A stretch of DNA of 64,000 nt from Candidatus Fermentibacteraceae bacterium (GCA_046485185.1 JAWOHL010000041.1:3299-67298); one strand, 5' to 3'. Shown: positions 54,404-64,000, counted from the stretch's first letter. The notes: generated by a model from the letters alone, not told the origin. Made by a program: numbers and translations.

Positions 54404-55366
54404 CTACATGTCCTGGATGATCTGAAGCAGGAGAGGGTCGAGCTGTTTTTTGTTTCGCCAGGTATCGGGAAGAAAATGGTGCGAGATGCTTCCGTTCTCA
54501 ACACCCACCATACAAGGCGCGCTGCCTTCCAGAAGGGCATCAACTGCCGCCCATCCCAGTTTGGTCGCAAGGACCCTGTCACTGGTGGTGGGGCTTCCCC
54601 CCCTCTGAACATGGCCCAGGACAGTGACCCGGCTTTTCAGACCGGAGAGATCCTCGATCTTCTTCGCAATGGCGTAGGCGTTCCCCTCCTCGTCACCCTC
54701 GGCGACAACAAGGATGTTGGATGTCCGGCCACGGGCTACCCTTTCCCTGACCTTGTCGCAGATTCCGGGTATGTCGTTGGGCGTTTCGGGGATGAACACG
54801 GCTTCAGCGCCGCCGCCGATCGCCACCTCGAGCGCTATGAAGCCCGCATGTCTTCCCATTACCTCGACAATGAAAAGCCTGTCGTGGGCCGCCGCGGTGT
54901 CGCGCACCTTGTCAAGCGCCGAGAGCGCCGTGTTGACCGCCGTATCGTAGCCTATGGTGAAATCCGAGCCCCAGATGTCGTTGTCTATCGTGGCCGGCAC
55001 CCCAATCACGCGTACACCGTGTTCCGTGCTCAGGTCGTGGGCGCCCCTGAAGCTGCCGTCGCCGCCCAGAACAACAAGGCCGTCGATACCGCGTTTTGAG
55101 AGGCTGGCGGCAGCAGCGGCCCGGCCTTCGGGCGTCATGAAGCGGTCGCTTCTCGCGGAATGAAGGATCGTGCCGCCGTGCTGAAGGATGTTGGAGACAT
55201 CACGTGATTCCAGAAGGCGCATGTTGTTGTCGATGAGGCCTTCGTAACCCCGGTAAACGCCGTATACGGAAAGGCCACGGTTCAGGGATGCCCTGACCGT
55301 GGCCCGAATTCCGGCGTTCATTCCCGGGGCGTCGCCCCCCGAGGAAAGAACGGCGATCCTTTTCAC
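54404..55366 (-). CDS. pfkA: ATP-dependent 6-phosphofructokinase
   Basis: MKRIAVLSSGGDAPGMNAGIRA, GGDGS, TIDND, GHVQRGG. The ATG overlaps the rplQ stop by 4 nt. Confidence 0.9.
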   Translation of the reverse strand: MKRIAVLSSGGDAPGMNAGIRATVRASLNRGLSVYGVYRGYEGLIDNNMRLLESRDVSNILQHGGTILHSARSDRFMTPEGRAAAAASLSKRGIDGLVVLGGDGSFRGAHDLSTEHGVRVIGVPATIDNDIWGSDFTIGYDTAVNTALSALDKVRDTAAAHDRLFIVEVMGRHAGFIALEVAIGGGAEAVFIPETPNDIPGICDKVRERVARGRTSNILVVAEGDEEGNAYAIAKKIEDLSGLKSRVTVLGHVQRGGSPTTSDRVLATKLGWAAVDALLEGSAPCMVGVENGSISHHFLPDTWRNKKQLDPLLLQIIQDM

Positions 55367-55737
55367 TTCTTGTCCACTGCGGGAGCGTCCACCAATTCCA
55401 GTATCACCGCTTCAGCAGCGTCTCCCGCCCTGGGGCCGAGGCGAAGTATGCGGGTGTAGCCACCGGGACGGGTCGTGAACCTCGGGCCGAGTTCGTTGAA
55501 CACCTTTTTTACGGCGACGCTGCCGTAAACCATACCCGCGACCTGTCGGCGAGAGTGTACGGTGTCGGTCCTGCCCTTTGTGATGATCCGTTCCGCGAGG
55601 CTCCGGGCAACCTTTGCCCGGGCCAGGCTTGTGGTCACTCTTTCCTCGATTATCAGCGAGGTGACCAGGTTCCTGAGCATTCGTACCCTGGCTTCCCTGG
55701 TGCGGCCAAGCTTGGGTGTCGTTTTTCTGTGACGCAT
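55363..55737 (-). CDS. rplQ: 50S ribosomal protein L17
   Basis: MRHRKTTPKLGRTREARVRMLRNL. Confidence 0.95.
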   Translation of the reverse strand: MRHRKTTPKLGRTREARVRMLRNLVTSLIIEERVTTSLARAKVARSLAERIITKGRTDTVHSRRQVAGMVYGSVAVKKVFNELGPRFTTRPGGYTRILRLGPRAGDAAEAVILELVDAPAVDKK

Positions 55738-55744
55738 GGGTTTC

Positions 55745-56731
55745 CTATTCCGTTCTCAGCTTCAGGCCCTTCAGAGCAAGCTTCTCGTTTATCACCTGAA
55801 GGGTTTTGTCGCCCACGCCGTTGAATGCCTTCAACTGGTCGGCTGTCATGGCGGTGAGCCCGCCCACGGTCTCAACTCCCGCGGTCTTCAGTATGTTCAC
55901 GTACTTCCTGTCCATCTGGAAGTCTTCGTCATCGATGGGAACCGAATCCCACTTGCCGCTTTTGGGCTTGCTCTCGGCCTTCTTCGCCGGAGCGGCCTTT
56001 TCAACACTGGTTTCCTCTGGTGCTTCGGCCCCGGTGCCCTCAATGACCATTTTGAAGTGCTGAACAAGGATGGCGCAGGTTTTTTCAACCGCTTCCTGGG
56101 GTGTGAGGCTTCCGTCGGTGGTGATGTCGATGTAGAGGCAGTCGTAGTCTGTTCTGTCGCCGACACGTGCGCTTTCGACGGTGTAGTTGACCGTCTTCAC
56201 AGGGCAGAACCACGAGTCCACCAGCATGGTGCCGATATCCTGGCCCCTGCCGGTGTTGAACCACTCGTCAACAGTAACGAAGCCTTTGCCCTTTTCAACA
56301 AGGATCGTTAGGTCAAGCACGCCCTTGCCGGTGATCTCCGCGATCTCCTGTTCGGGATTGGTCACCCTCAGCATGGGGTCGCCCGAGAGGGAAGCCGCCG
56401 TGTACACACCCGGCTTGTCAGCCTTGAGGGTGAGGGTGCACGGCTCTTCGCCATCATGGCGGATGCTCAGGGATTTAACGTTCAGAACGATGTCAGACGC
56501 GTCCTGCCTTACTCCCGGAAGGGCGCTGAATTCATGGCTTGCGCCCTTGATGGTCACAGACACCGGAGCAGCACCCGCAAGCGAGGAGAGCATGACCCTT
56601 CTCATCGCGTTGCCCAGGGTGCGGCCGAAACCTCTTTCCAGAGGTGTTATAACAAGCCTGCCAGTGGTTTCTGTGAGTGTTTCCTGTTCCCACTGAATAC
56701 GGTCCGGCAGGTAAAGCTTCATGAATTCCAT
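55745..56731 (-). CDS. rpoA: DNA-directed RNA polymerase subunit alpha
   Basis: VITPLERGFGRTLGNAMRRVMLSSL plus a C-terminal HhH domain (LKTAGVETVGGL). Confidence 0.95.
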   Translation of the reverse strand: MEFMKLYLPDRIQWEQETLTETTGRLVITPLERGFGRTLGNAMRRVMLSSLAGAAPVSVTIKGASHEFSALPGVRQDASDIVLNVKSLSIRHDGEEPCTLTLKADKPGVYTAASLSGDPMLRVTNPEQEIAEITGKGVLDLTILVEKGKGFVTVDEWFNTGRGQDIGTMLVDSWFCPVKTVNYTVESARVGDRTDYDCLYIDITTDGSLTPQEAVEKTCAILVQHFKMVIEGTGAEAPEETSVEKAAPAKKAESKPKSGKWDSVPIDDEDFQMDRKYVNILKTAGVETVGGLTAMTADQLKAFNGVGDKTLQVINEKLALKGLKLRTE

Positions 56732-56762
56732 TCATCTCCCCCTGAAGGCTTGAGAATCCCTC

Positions 56763-57164
56763 CTACGACTTGCCCCTGCGTCTCTTTGTAGGTCTGCAGC
56801 CGTTGTGAGGCAGCCGGGTGATGTCTTTGATGGCCATCACTTCAAGATCAGTAGACTGAAGGGCCCTGACCGCGGCTTCCCTTCCTGATCCGGGACCCAT
56901 CACCCATATCTCGACCTTCTTCAGGCCCGCCTCTATGGCTCTTTCGGCAGCCTGAACGGCTGCCTGGCTCGCGGCGTAGGCCGTGCTCTTTCTTGTTCCC
57001 TTGACCCCGGTGGTTCCACCGCTGGCCCATGTGATCACATTTCCCTGCCGGTCGGAAATGGAAACCAGGGTATTGTTGAACGAAGATTTAATGTGTGCAA
57101 CACCATTAATATCCGACACCCTGGTGATTTTTTTGACTGTTCGCTTTCCCTTAGCTTTGGGCAA
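56763..57164 (-). CDS. rpsK: 30S ribosomal protein S11
   Basis: [30 protein letters not shown]. Confidence 0.95.
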   Translation of the reverse strand: MPKAKGKRTVKKITRVSDINGVAHIKSSFNNTLVSISDRQGNVITWASGGTTGVKGTRKSTAYAASQAAVQAAERAIEAGLKKVEIWVMGPGSGREAAVRALQSTDLEVMAIKDITRLPHNGCRPTKRRRGKS

Positions 57165-57175
57165 GGTCTACCTCC

Positions 57176-57541
57176 CTACCGCTTCCTGGTGTGGCCCTGC
57201 TTGGGACCCTTGCGGGTGCGGGCGTTGGTGTGGGTTCTCTGTCCCCGGACTGGAAGACCCCTGCGATGTCTGAGCCCCCGGTAGCAGCCGATATCCATCA
57301 GCCTTTTGCGGTTCATGCTGACCTCGGCCCTGAGGGCGCCCTCTACCTTGAACTCCTCTTCGATGACTTTACGAAGAGCAGCCACATCGCTTTCTGAAAG
57401 GGCGTCGGTGTTCCTGTCCATGGGAATCCCGACCTTGTCCAGAATGAACCTGGAACTAGTGAGCCCAATGCCGTGGATGTACGGAAGAGCGTAGAGCACA
57501 TGCTTGTTCCTGGGCAGGTCAACTCCTGCGATTCTCGCCAA
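57176..57541 (-). CDS. rpsM: 30S ribosomal protein S13
   Basis: (TTG)[14 protein letters not shown]...[22 protein letters not shown]. Confidence 0.95.
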   Translation of the reverse strand: MARIAGVDLPRNKHVLYALPYIHGIGLTSSRFILDKVGIPMDRNTDALSESDVAALRKVIEEEFKVEGALRAEVSMNRKRLMDIGCYRGLRHRRGLPVRGQRTHTNARTRKGPKQGHTRKR

Positions 57542-57570
57542 TCTTACACCTCCGTCGCCGTTTTATGCGG

Positions 57571-57687
57571 CTATCCCTGCCGTTGTTTGTGTCGCGGATT
57601 CCGTGGGCAGATGACCAGCACCTTCCCGTTGCGTCGAACAATTCGGCAGTATTCGCAGATTTTCTTCACTGAACTGCGTACCTTCAT
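57571..57687 (-). CDS. rpmJ: 50S ribosomal protein L36
   Basis: Not in the ORF track (38 aa). My own translation gives [38 protein letters not shown], with stop TAG at 57571. Confidence 0.9.
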   Translation of the reverse strand: MKVRSSVKKICEYCRIVRRNGKVLVICPRNPRHKQRQG

Positions 57688-57696
57688 TTTTCAACC

Positions 57697-57921
57697 TCAC
57701 TTGTACCTGTAGGTGATCCTGCCCCGGGAGAGATCGTAGGGGGAGATCTCGACCGTGACCCTGTCACCCACCAGTATTCTTATGTAGTGCATTCTCATCT
57801 TGCCGGAAACATGGCAAAGGACCACATGACCCTCGGGCTTGTCCAGCTGAACGCGACACATGTTGTTGGGAAGTGTCTCGAGAACGGTCCCGTCAACCAC
57901 TACGCCCTGTTCTTTCGCCAA
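57697..57921 (-). CDS. infA: Translation initiation factor IF-1
   Basis: [14 protein letters not shown]...[35 protein letters not shown]. Confidence 0.95.
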   Translation of the reverse strand: MAKEQGVVVDGTVLETLPNNMCRVQLDKPEGHVVLCHVSGKMRMHYIRILVGDRVTVEISPYDLSRGRITYRYK

Positions 57922-57974
57922 GTGCCTTCACTCCCTTCCGGTAGTAAGAGAACCCCAATTATTCGCATAAATGT

Positions 57975-58721
57975 CTACGCCGTCAATATTTCCGGTTCAC
58001 GCCCGCGAATCATCACAGTATGCTCCGCGTGAGCGGAAAGCGACCCGTCCGCTGTGATGACGGTCCAGCCGTCGGAAAGTGTTTTCACCAAGGCGTCTCC
58101 GGAGTTGACCATGGGTTCTATGGCCAGCAGCAGCCCGTCGGACAACCGCATTCCCTGCCCAATCGACCCATAGTTGGGCACCTGTGGCTTCTCGTGAAGC
58201 CGCCTGCCAATGCCGTGACCAACAAGCTGCCTCACAACGCTGAAGCCGTTTTTCTCAACTTCCTGTTGCACTGCGGCTCCGATGTCGCCCACATGGCCCC
58301 CGTTCACGGCGGCGGCAATTCCCAGATCCCTTGCCCTTAGGGTTACCTCGAGCAGCTTTGAGGCAAGGGGGATCACCCTGCCCACCGGAAAGGTCTCGGC
58401 GGCGTCGCCGTGGAAGCCCCCTTTGAAAGCCCCCACATCCACACTGACAAGGTCGCCTTCCCTGATGGTTCGGTCTGTGGATGGAATGCCGTGGACCACC
58501 TCGTTGTTCACGGATACACAGACCCCCGCAGGATAGCCGTTGTAACCCAGGAAGGAGGGAACGGCACCCTCCGCTGCGATGATCCTTCTGCCGAGAGCGT
58601 CGATGTCGGCAGTCGTGACCCCCGGCTCGATGAAAGCCCCGACTTCGGTCAGAACTTTCCTCACTACCCTGCATGCTTCCCGCATTGCGGCGACGTCGCT
58701 TCTGGAAGTTATCAAAGCCAT
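57975..58721 (-). CDS. map: Type I methionyl aminopeptidase
   Basis: VCVSVNNEVVHGIP, DVGAFKGGFHGD, GHGIG, LAIEPM, EHTV. Confidence 0.9.
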   Translation of the reverse strand: MALITSRSDVAAMREACRVVRKVLTEVGAFIEPGVTTADIDALGRRIIAAEGAVPSFLGYNGYPAGVCVSVNNEVVHGIPSTDRTIREGDLVSVDVGAFKGGFHGDAAETFPVGRVIPLASKLLEVTLRARDLGIAAAVNGGHVGDIGAAVQQEVEKNGFSVVRQLVGHGIGRRLHEKPQVPNYGSIGQGMRLSDGLLLAIEPMVNSGDALVKTLSDGWTVITADGSLSAHAEHTVMIRGREPEILTA

Positions 58722-59329
58722 GGTTCCATCGCCTTCAGGACCCGGGAGTGTACCTGCTCCACGGTCCCGATGCCGTCAACCCTCACAAGCCTTCCGGTGT
58801 AGAACGCTTCGAGTGGGGTTGTCTGCTGACGGTACTCCTCGAAACGCCTGTGGATCACGCCGGGGTCGTCGTCGGTGCGGCGGATCAGCGGTGCTCGGCA
58901 GGAGTTGCAGACCTCGGAGGAGAAGGACGCATGAGCGCCGCACGAAGTGCAATGCCGTCTTCCGGCAAGCCTGCCCACCGCCTCGGCCTCGGGGACATCC
59001 AGAAAAACAGCCCCATCGAGCTTACGGTTCTTCTGAAGCAGAAAGTCGTCCAGGCTGCCGGCCTGGAAAACATTCCGGGGGAACCCGTCGAGGAGTACCC
59101 CCGGAAGCTCATCGATCAGTTTGAAAACAAGCTCATTCACTATCTCGTCGGTCACCAGTTTCCCCGCTTCGATAACTTCCCGGATCTCGCTTCCAAAGGC
59201 GCTGTTCCGCTGGATCTCCCTGCGGAAGTGCTTGCCGGTAGACACATGGGTGAGTCCCAGAGCCTCTGCGGCAAGCTCAGCCTGTGTGCCCTTTCCGGAG
59301 CCGGGTGAACCGAAGAAGGTTACGATCAT
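58712..59329 (-). CDS. adk: Adenylate kinase (zinc-lid type)
   Basis: FFGSPGSGKGTQA, LLDGFPR, lid CTSCG...CNSC. The ATG 59329 start overlaps the secY stop (ATGA). The 343-aa ORF is a spurious 5' extension into secY. Confidence 0.9.
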   Translation of the reverse strand: MIVTFFGSPGSGKGTQAELAAEALGLTHVSTGKHFRREIQRNSAFGSEIREVIEAGKLVTDEIVNELVFKLIDELPGVLLDGFPRNVFQAGSLDDFLLQKNRKLDGAVFLDVPEAEAVGRLAGRRHCTSCGAHASFSSEVCNSCRAPLIRRTDDDPGVIHRRFEEYRQQTTPLEAFYTGRLVRVDGIGTVEQVHSRVLKAMEPWL

Positions 59330-60630
59330 CGGCGGCCGCGAATCCTTCCCTTGCTGAGGAAACCATCGTAATGCCTCATGAGAAGGTGGGTCTCGATTTG
59401 CCTGAGGGTTTCGAGGGCAACCCCGACCACGATCAGAAGACTGGTGCCGCCGAACATGAAGTTCACACCCATCTGCCTGATGAGTATCATGGGAAGCACT
59501 GCGATCAGGGCCAGGAAGATGGCTCCCGGAAGTGTCACTCTGACAAGGACCCTCTCGATGTACTTCGCCGTGGACTTGCCCGGTTTTCTGCCCGGTATGA
59601 AACCGCCGTACTTCTTCATGTTGTCGGAGAGGTCCTGGGGGTTGAAGGTTATGGCGGTGTAAACGTAGGCGAATACGATGATGAGAACGGCATAGATGAC
59701 GTTGTAAAGGGCGCCCCCGGGTGCGAGCCAGCTGTTCACCCACTCATCTATTCCCGAGTTCGGAAAGAACATCGCGATGGACGACGGGAACATCATGAAG
59801 GACTGTGCGAAGATCACGGGGATCACCCCCGCGGTGTTGAGCCGTATGGGGATGAACGTGCTCTGGCCACCGTAGACCTTCCGCCCCCTCACCTGCTTGG
59901 CGTAGGTGACGGGGATCTTCCGCTGGGCTTCGGTCATCAGAACGACAAAAGCCACAGTGGCGAACATGAACACGAGGAGGAACACCATGCTTATGAAGCT
60001 GGTCTGCTGAAGCACGAAGACATCCCGGTACATCGAGATCACGCCCTGCGGAAGATCCCCGACGATGCCGGCGAAGATAATGAGGCTTATGCCGTTACCT
60101 ACGCCGCGCTCGCTGATGCGCTCACCAAGCCACATCACGAAGATGGTGCCGGTGATCAGGGTGAGGACCGTCTGCAGGGTAAAACCCAGGCCGGGGTTAG
60201 GTACGACCCCCGGAACCTGCTGATTCATGCCCACTATGAACTGGGAGATGCCGAGGCCCTGGATCAACCCCAGCAGCACCGTGCCATAGCGGGTGATCTC
60301 GGTCATCTTCTGTCTGCCGGCTTCGCCCTCCTTCTTCAGCTTCTCGAAGTAGGGTACCACCGAGGTAAGGAGCTGGATGATGATCGAGGCCGAGATGTAG
60401 GGCATGATCCCCAGCGCGAAGATGCTGGCCCTGCTGAGGGCACCGCCCACGAACAGATCGTACATGCCCATCATGCCACCGGCGGCATTGAATGCCTCCT
60501 GAAGGGCTGCGCCATCGATCCCGGGAACCGGGATGTGCCCGCCGATGCGGTAAACCGCCAGGAGCAGGAAGGTGTAAATGATCTTCTTCCTCAGCTCCTG
60601 TATCTTCATGATGCTTTCGAAACCGCGCAT
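59326..60630 (-). CDS. secY: Preprotein translocase subunit SecY
   Basis: Ten TM helices. IFALGIMPYISASII, GTIFVMWLGERI. Confidence 0.95.
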   Translation of the reverse strand: MRGFESIMKIQELRKKIIYTFLLLAVYRIGGHIPVPGIDGAALQEAFNAAGGMMGMYDLFVGGALSRASIFALGIMPYISASIIIQLLTSVVPYFEKLKKEGEAGRQKMTEITRYGTVLLGLIQGLGISQFIVGMNQQVPGVVPNPGLGFTLQTVLTLITGTIFVMWLGERISERGVGNGISLIIFAGIVGDLPQGVISMYRDVFVLQQTSFISMVFLLVFMFATVAFVVLMTEAQRKIPVTYAKQVRGRKVYGGQSTFIPIRLNTAGVIPVIFAQSFMMFPSSIAMFFPNSGIDEWVNSWLAPGGALYNVIYAVLIIVFAYVYTAITFNPQDLSDNMKKYGGFIPGRKPGKSTAKYIERVLVRVTLPGAIFLALIAVLPMILIRQMGVNFMFGGTSLLIVVGVALETLRQIETHLLMRHYDGFLSKGRIRGRR

Positions 60631-61073
60631 CAGCCGATCACCTCTGCGGTCCCCCCGGCGGACTTGATGGTCTCGAGAGCGCTCTGCGTGAACGCGTGGG
60701 CGCAGACCGTGAGTTCCTTCTCAAGCGCGCCGTCGCCGAGGATCTTCACCGGCTTGTTCCGGGAAGAGATGAGGCCCGCGCACTTGAGAATGTCCGGGGT
60801 GATCACCGTGGAGTTCTCGAACCTGTTCAGCATCCCCACGTTCACGACCTGGTAGTCGATGGCGAACCTGAAATTGCTGAACCCCTTGTGTGTCATCCTG
60901 CGGTGGATGGGAAGCTGTCCGCCCTCGAACCAGGGGTGGATCTTTCCCCTCGCCTTCTGGCCCTTGTGGCCCTTACCGGCGGTTCCGCCGTTGCCGGTTC
61001 CCCGGCCGCATCCCCTTCGATGACGCTCTTTCGTTGCGCCATCGGCGGGACGGAGGTGTTGCAGCCTTCTCAT
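60630..61073 (-). CDS. rplO: 50S ribosomal protein L15
   Basis: [20 protein letters not shown]...GFEGGQLP-like core. Confidence 0.9.
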   Translation of the reverse strand: MRRLQHLRPADGATKERHRRGCGRGTGNGGTAGKGHKGQKARGKIHPWFEGGQLPIHRRMTHKGFSNFRFAIDYQVVNVGMLNRFENSTVITPDILKCAGLISSRNKPVKILGDGALEKELTVCAHAFTQSALETIKSAGGTAEVIG

Positions 61074-61261
61074 GCCTTCACCTCTTCCACTTTGACAAGG
61101 TGGCGAACCCTGAAAACCATACCCCTGGTCTGGGGGTTATCCGGCTGCTCAACCACCTGGTTGATCCTTCTGAGCCCCAGGGCGGCAAGTGTGCGTTTCT
61201 GCACTTCCTGCCTTCCGATGCAGCTCTTCACCTTGGTGATCCTGAGTTTTGCCTCAGCCAT
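61070..61261 (-). CDS. rpmD: 50S ribosomal protein L30
   Basis: [28 protein letters not shown]. Confidence 0.9.
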   Translation of the reverse strand: MAEAKLRITKVKSCIGRQEVQKRTLAALGLRRINQVVEQPDNPQTRGMVFRVRHLVKVEEVKA

Positions 61262-61883
61262 TGCTCTCCGTCCTTCCGGCGATGATCTTGGACCGGATGG
61301 AGCTCACCCTGGTGATCGTGATGAGATCGTTCAGGCCGCTCATGGTGGCCTTGACCACATTGTGAGGGTTGCTTGTGCCCTGGGCCTTGGTGAGAACGTC
61401 TTTGACTCCGGCGCACTCCATTATGGCACGCACGGCGCTGCCGGCGATAACACCCGTTCCGGGGCTGGCGGGACGAAGCAGAACCTGCCCAGCGCCGTAC
61501 CTGCCCACGATGTCGTGGGGCAGTGTGCGGTTGTCCATCATGGGAATCTCGATCATGCTCTTCTTGGCGGCTTCGGTTGCCTTCCTGATGGATTCGGGAA
61601 GCTCGGTTGCCTTACCGAGGCCAACGCCTACCTTGCCGTTCTGGTCTCCCACGGCAACGATTGCGTTGAAGCCGAAGGTTCTGCCGCCCTTGGTGACCTT
61701 GGCGCAGCGGTTGACCGCTATAAGCCTGTCCACCAGGCCGTCGTCCTCGACCACTTCGGGCTTGCGCTGTCTGCCCTTGGCTTCCTTGCGATCCCTGGGA
61801 TTCCTGTTTCCTCTGGCGCCTGGACCGCCACCGGGAGTGCCTGCACCCCGGGGAGACCTGCCGCCCTGTTTTTCTTCAGCCAT
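61254..61883 (-). CDS. rpsE: 30S ribosomal protein S5 (with Arg/Gly-rich N-terminal extension)
   Basis: [28 protein letters not shown]...GTGVIAG. About 45 extra N-terminal residues. Confidence 0.9.
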   Translation of the reverse strand: MAEEKQGGRSPRGAGTPGGGPGARGNRNPRDRKEAKGRQRKPEVVEDDGLVDRLIAVNRCAKVTKGGRTFGFNAIVAVGDQNGKVGVGLGKATELPESIRKATEAAKKSMIEIPMMDNRTLPHDIVGRYGAGQVLLRPASPGTGVIAGSAVRAIMECAGVKDVLTKAQGTSNPHNVVKATMSGLNDLITITRVSSIRSKIIAGRTESNG

Positions 61884-61893
61884 TGAAAGCCCC

Positions 61894-62256
61894 CTAGAAA
61901 ACCAGTCCGCCTTCGCGGGCTTTTTCAGCCAGAGCCTTCACCCTACCGTGGAAGGGATGACCGCCCCGGTCGAAGACCACTTTTTCAACGCCTATTGCCC
62001 TGGCCTTTTCCGCCAGTTTTGCTCCGAGGAACGCAGCCCTGTCGCTTTTGCTCCCGGATGCGGCTTCCGCAATCTCCCTGGAGTCGGTGGTGATGGAGAG
62101 AAGCGTCCTGCCGGCCTGGTCATCGATGAGACTCGCAAGCATGTGCCGGTTGGTTCGCCGGACGAAAAGCCTGGGTCGCTCCGCTGTTCCTGAGATCTTC
62201 TTCCTGATGCTCCTGTGCCGGCGAAGGAGGCGCTGAATTCTGTCAGGTTTGGACAT
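61894..62256 (-). CDS. rplR: 50S ribosomal protein L18
   Basis: [34 protein letters not shown]. Start at MSKPDR with a GGAGG SD. Confidence 0.9.
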   Translation of the reverse strand: MSKPDRIQRLLRRHRSIRKKISGTAERPRLFVRRTNRHMLASLIDDQAGRTLLSITTDSREIAEAASGSKSDRAAFLGAKLAEKARAIGVEKVVFDRGGHPFHGRVKALAEKAREGGLVF

Positions 62257-62272
62257 GATTGCCTCCGTTCTT

Positions 62273-62818
62273 CTAACTTGTTGCAGACTTGGCGGCTTTG
62301 CGCTTGATCTGCTGGTCGCTGTACCGGAACCCGATGAGGTTGTAGGGTTCAACCGGCCTGATCTTGTAGAGTGTAGAAGCGAAGTTCCCAACGAGCTGTT
62401 TGTCGTTCCCGGAGATGACCAGGCCGAACGTGTTCTGGCCAAGCTTGAGCTCGACTTTCAGCCCCTCGGGGATCGTTGCCACGACTTTGTGGGAGAAACC
62501 GATCTGCATTTCGACGGACTTCCCCACAAGTTCAGCCTGGTAACCCTTGCCCTGAACAACCAGCTCCAGTGTGTGACCTCTCGTCACACCGAGAATGCGG
62601 TTGTTGAGCTGGGCGCGGGTCACTCCGTGAAGCCGGCGCTGATCCGGACTGTCATCCCGGCGGTTGATGTTCACCATCTCGCCGGTGACCTCAATTGTTA
62701 TCCCATCCGGGAGGACGAACGTGTCCTCCCCCCGGGCGCCGACCGCAGTCACGGTATTACCGGAGAGGGTCACCTTTGCGCCATGGAGGGGGATGGGAAG
62801 CTTTCCGATTCTTGACAT
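62273..62818 (-). CDS. rplF: 50S ribosomal protein L6
   Basis: MSRIGKLPIPL..GAKVTLSGNTVT. Confidence 0.95.
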   Translation of the reverse strand: MSRIGKLPIPLHGAKVTLSGNTVTAVGARGEDTFVLPDGITIEVTGEMVNINRRDDSPDQRRLHGVTRAQLNNRILGVTRGHTLELVVQGKGYQAELVGKSVEMQIGFSHKVVATIPEGLKVELKLGQNTFGLVISGNDKQLVGNFASTLYKIRPVEPYNLIGFRYSDQQIKRKAAKSATS

Positions 62819-62831
62819 TCCCTACCCCCGC

Positions 62832-63227
62832 TTACCAGACGTGGAGCAGCACTTCGCCGCCCACGTTATGTTTCCTGGCCTCAAAATCGGTGATGATCCC
62901 CCGGGGCGTGGTGAGTACCGCCAGCCCTCTGCCTCCCATGACTCTGGGAAGGGTATCAACACCGGCGTACACTCTGCACCCGGGCTTGGAGATTCTTTTT
63001 ATTCCCACAATCAGGGGTGTTCCGTTCCTGTATGCCAGGTACACCCTGAGCACTCCCTGTTTCCCGTCTTCGATTCTTCGGAAGCCGAGAATGAAGCCAT
63101 GGTTGTAGAGGACCCTGGCGATGCTGGCCTTCATTTTCGACGCAGGAATATCAACCATCTTGTGGCCCGCCGAGGAAGCGTTCCTGATCCGGGTCAGCAT
63201 GTCGGCTATCGGGTCGGTCATTGACAT
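62832..63227 (-). CDS. rpsH: 30S ribosomal protein S8
   Basis: MTDPIADMLTRIRNA. Confidence 0.95.
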   Translation of the reverse strand: MSMTDPIADMLTRIRNASSAGHKMVDIPASKMKASIARVLYNHGFILGFRRIEDGKQGVLRVYLAYRNGTPLIVGIKRISKPGCRVYAGVDTLPRVMGGRGLAVLTTPRGIITDFEARKHNVGGEVLLHVW

Positions 63228-63240
63228 GTTTTACCCCTTC

Positions 63241-63426
63241 CTACCAGCTAGCCTTGCGGATTCCAGGAATAAGACCCCTGTTGGCCATATCCCTGAAGCA
63301 GATCCGACATATTCCGAACATTCGCAGAAAGCCCCTGGGCCTTCCGCAGAGAGTGCACCTGTTGTAGTTCCTGACCTGGAACTTCGCGGGTCTCTTCTGT
63401 TTGGCGATCAGGCTCTTCTTCGCCAT
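63241..63426 (-). CDS. rpsZ: 30S ribosomal protein S14 type Z (zinc-binding, 61 aa)
   Basis: [12 protein letters not shown]...[22 protein letters not shown]. Confidence 0.9.
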   Translation of the reverse strand: MAKKSLIAKQKRPAKFQVRNYNRCTLCGRPRGFLRMFGICRICFRDMANRGLIPGIRKASW

Positions 63427-63427
63427 T

Positions 63428-63988
63428 CTACGCCCCCCTTCTGCCACTGCGACGGAATGGCATTCCCAGGAGGCTGAGAAGCTCGAGGCCTTCTTCATCG
63501 TTCCTGGCTGTGGTGACGATGGTGATGTTCATCCCCCTGAACTTGTCTATCTTGTCCACGTCGATTTCGGGGAAGATCGCCTGTTCCTCGACTCCGAAAT
63601 TGTAGTTGCCCCTTCCGTCGAACCCCTTTGAAGGGAGTCCGCGGAAATCGCGCACCTGGGGCAGTGCGAAATTGATGAGCCGGTCAAGATACTCCCACAT
63701 CCTGTCACCCCTGAGGGTGGTGAAGACCCCGATGGGCATTCCTTCGCGAAGCCTGAAACCCGCGACGGACTTCTTGGCCTTCGCCACAACGCTCTTCTGG
63801 CCGGTGATGGCCTCCATCTGGGACTGGGCGCTTGTTACGTTGTTGGCGTTGTCCATCGCTTCTTTGCCAAGCCCCATGTTGACCACGATCTTGGTCAGGC
63901 CAGGGGTCTGCATGGCGTTGGCGTAGTTGAATTTCTCAAGCATCTTGCCGCGGACCTCCTGCCGGTAGATCTGCTTGAGCCTGGGCAT
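63428..63988 (-). CDS. rplE: 50S ribosomal protein L5
   Basis: [12 protein letters not shown]...[13 protein letters not shown]...[11 protein letters not shown]. Confidence 0.95.
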   Translation of the reverse strand: MPRLKQIYRQEVRGKMLEKFNYANAMQTPGLTKIVVNMGLGKEAMDNANNVTSAQSQMEAITGQKSVVAKAKKSVAGFRLREGMPIGVFTTLRGDRMWEYLDRLINFALPQVRDFRGLPSKGFDGRGNYNFGVEEQAIFPEIDVDKIDKFRGMNITIVTTARNDEEGLELLSLLGMPFRRSGRRGA

Positions 63989-64000
63989 GGTGTTCTCGCT

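Noticed and set aside
59284-60855. A 523-aa plus-strand ORF antisense to secY/rplO. Similar long antisense ORFs lie at 60696-61886, 17717-18946, 14875-15906, 8287-9255, 35059-35934, 44648-45244 and 12405-13016.
   Set aside because: They lie exactly opposite genes with unmistakable identities (secY, rpsE, the COG2403 gene, korB, pckA, an OM barrel, tolB/pal, OmpA). Their translations are Arg/Gly/His/Pro-rich, low-complexity and without motifs. Stop-poor antisense frames are expected at this GC content.
1-64000. A window-wide scan for tRNA, rRNA, tmRNA, CRISPR, transposase/integrase, toxin-antitoxin pairs and defence-system genes.
   Set aside because: All spacers longer than 90 nt were read on both strands: 4389-4488, 9220-9669, 14283-14392, 18695-18855, 28961-29126, 30451-30570, 43659-43763, 51754-51987, 52396-52496 and 53706-53939. 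None contains a cloverleaf-compatible sequence or a repeat-spacer array. No ORF shows nuclease, ATPase or recombinase signatures typical of defence or mobile elements.

Overview
This is 64 kb of a high-GC bacterial chromosome (roughly 60-63 % by eye, not computed). It is almost gap-free coding, with about 80 genes, all but about 10 on the minus strand. I saw no rRNA, tRNA, CRISPR array, transposase, integrase or phage gene. Left to right:
- a 5'-truncated lipoprotein with two retropepsin-like domains
- mtnP-thiL head-to-head with rlmN
- three secreted/outer-membrane (OM) proteins, two with T9SS-type C-terminal domains (CTDs)
- pckA
- a polytopic membrane protein coupled to a B12-binding radical SAM enzyme
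- a large OmpA-family protein
- a four-subunit 2-oxoacid:ferredoxin oxidoreductase
- a COG2403-type P-loop protein
- an 8-gene envelope operon: solute-binding protein (SBP), CTD protein, three OM barrels including a ComEA-like HhH::barrel fusion, 5'-nucleotidase, FAD oxidoreductase, DUF2085
- two paralogous lipoproteins and an FmdB zinc ribbon
- a ~13 kb translationally coupled run: tig-clpP-clpX-yihA-purA-(tatD::radical SAM)-rsmA-barrel-lipoprotein-methyltransferase-cpsB-rfbD-gmhA-UPF0104
- ridA-tolQ-tolR-tolA-tolB-pal-ybgF
- a hybrid sensor kinase and mscL
- a lower-GC plus-strand islet (hypothetical protein, M28 peptidase, aquaporin relic)
- a Nudix gene and pfkA welded onto the alpha/spc ribosomal cluster (rplQ back to rplE, Bacillus-like order without rpsD)

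The organism is a diderm (Tol-Pal, OmpA, heptose/rhamnose genes). The CTD sorting domains suggest an FCB-superphylum-like lineage, which is inference only. The window is mostly housekeeping. The best novelty candidates are (1) the envelope operon around the HhH::beta-barrel fusion, a possible extracellular nucleic-acid capture/salvage apparatus; (2) the TatD::radical-SAM fusion; (3) an unassigned barrel + lipoprotein pair coupled to rsmA. All functional calls rest on motif recognition by eye; no database search was run.
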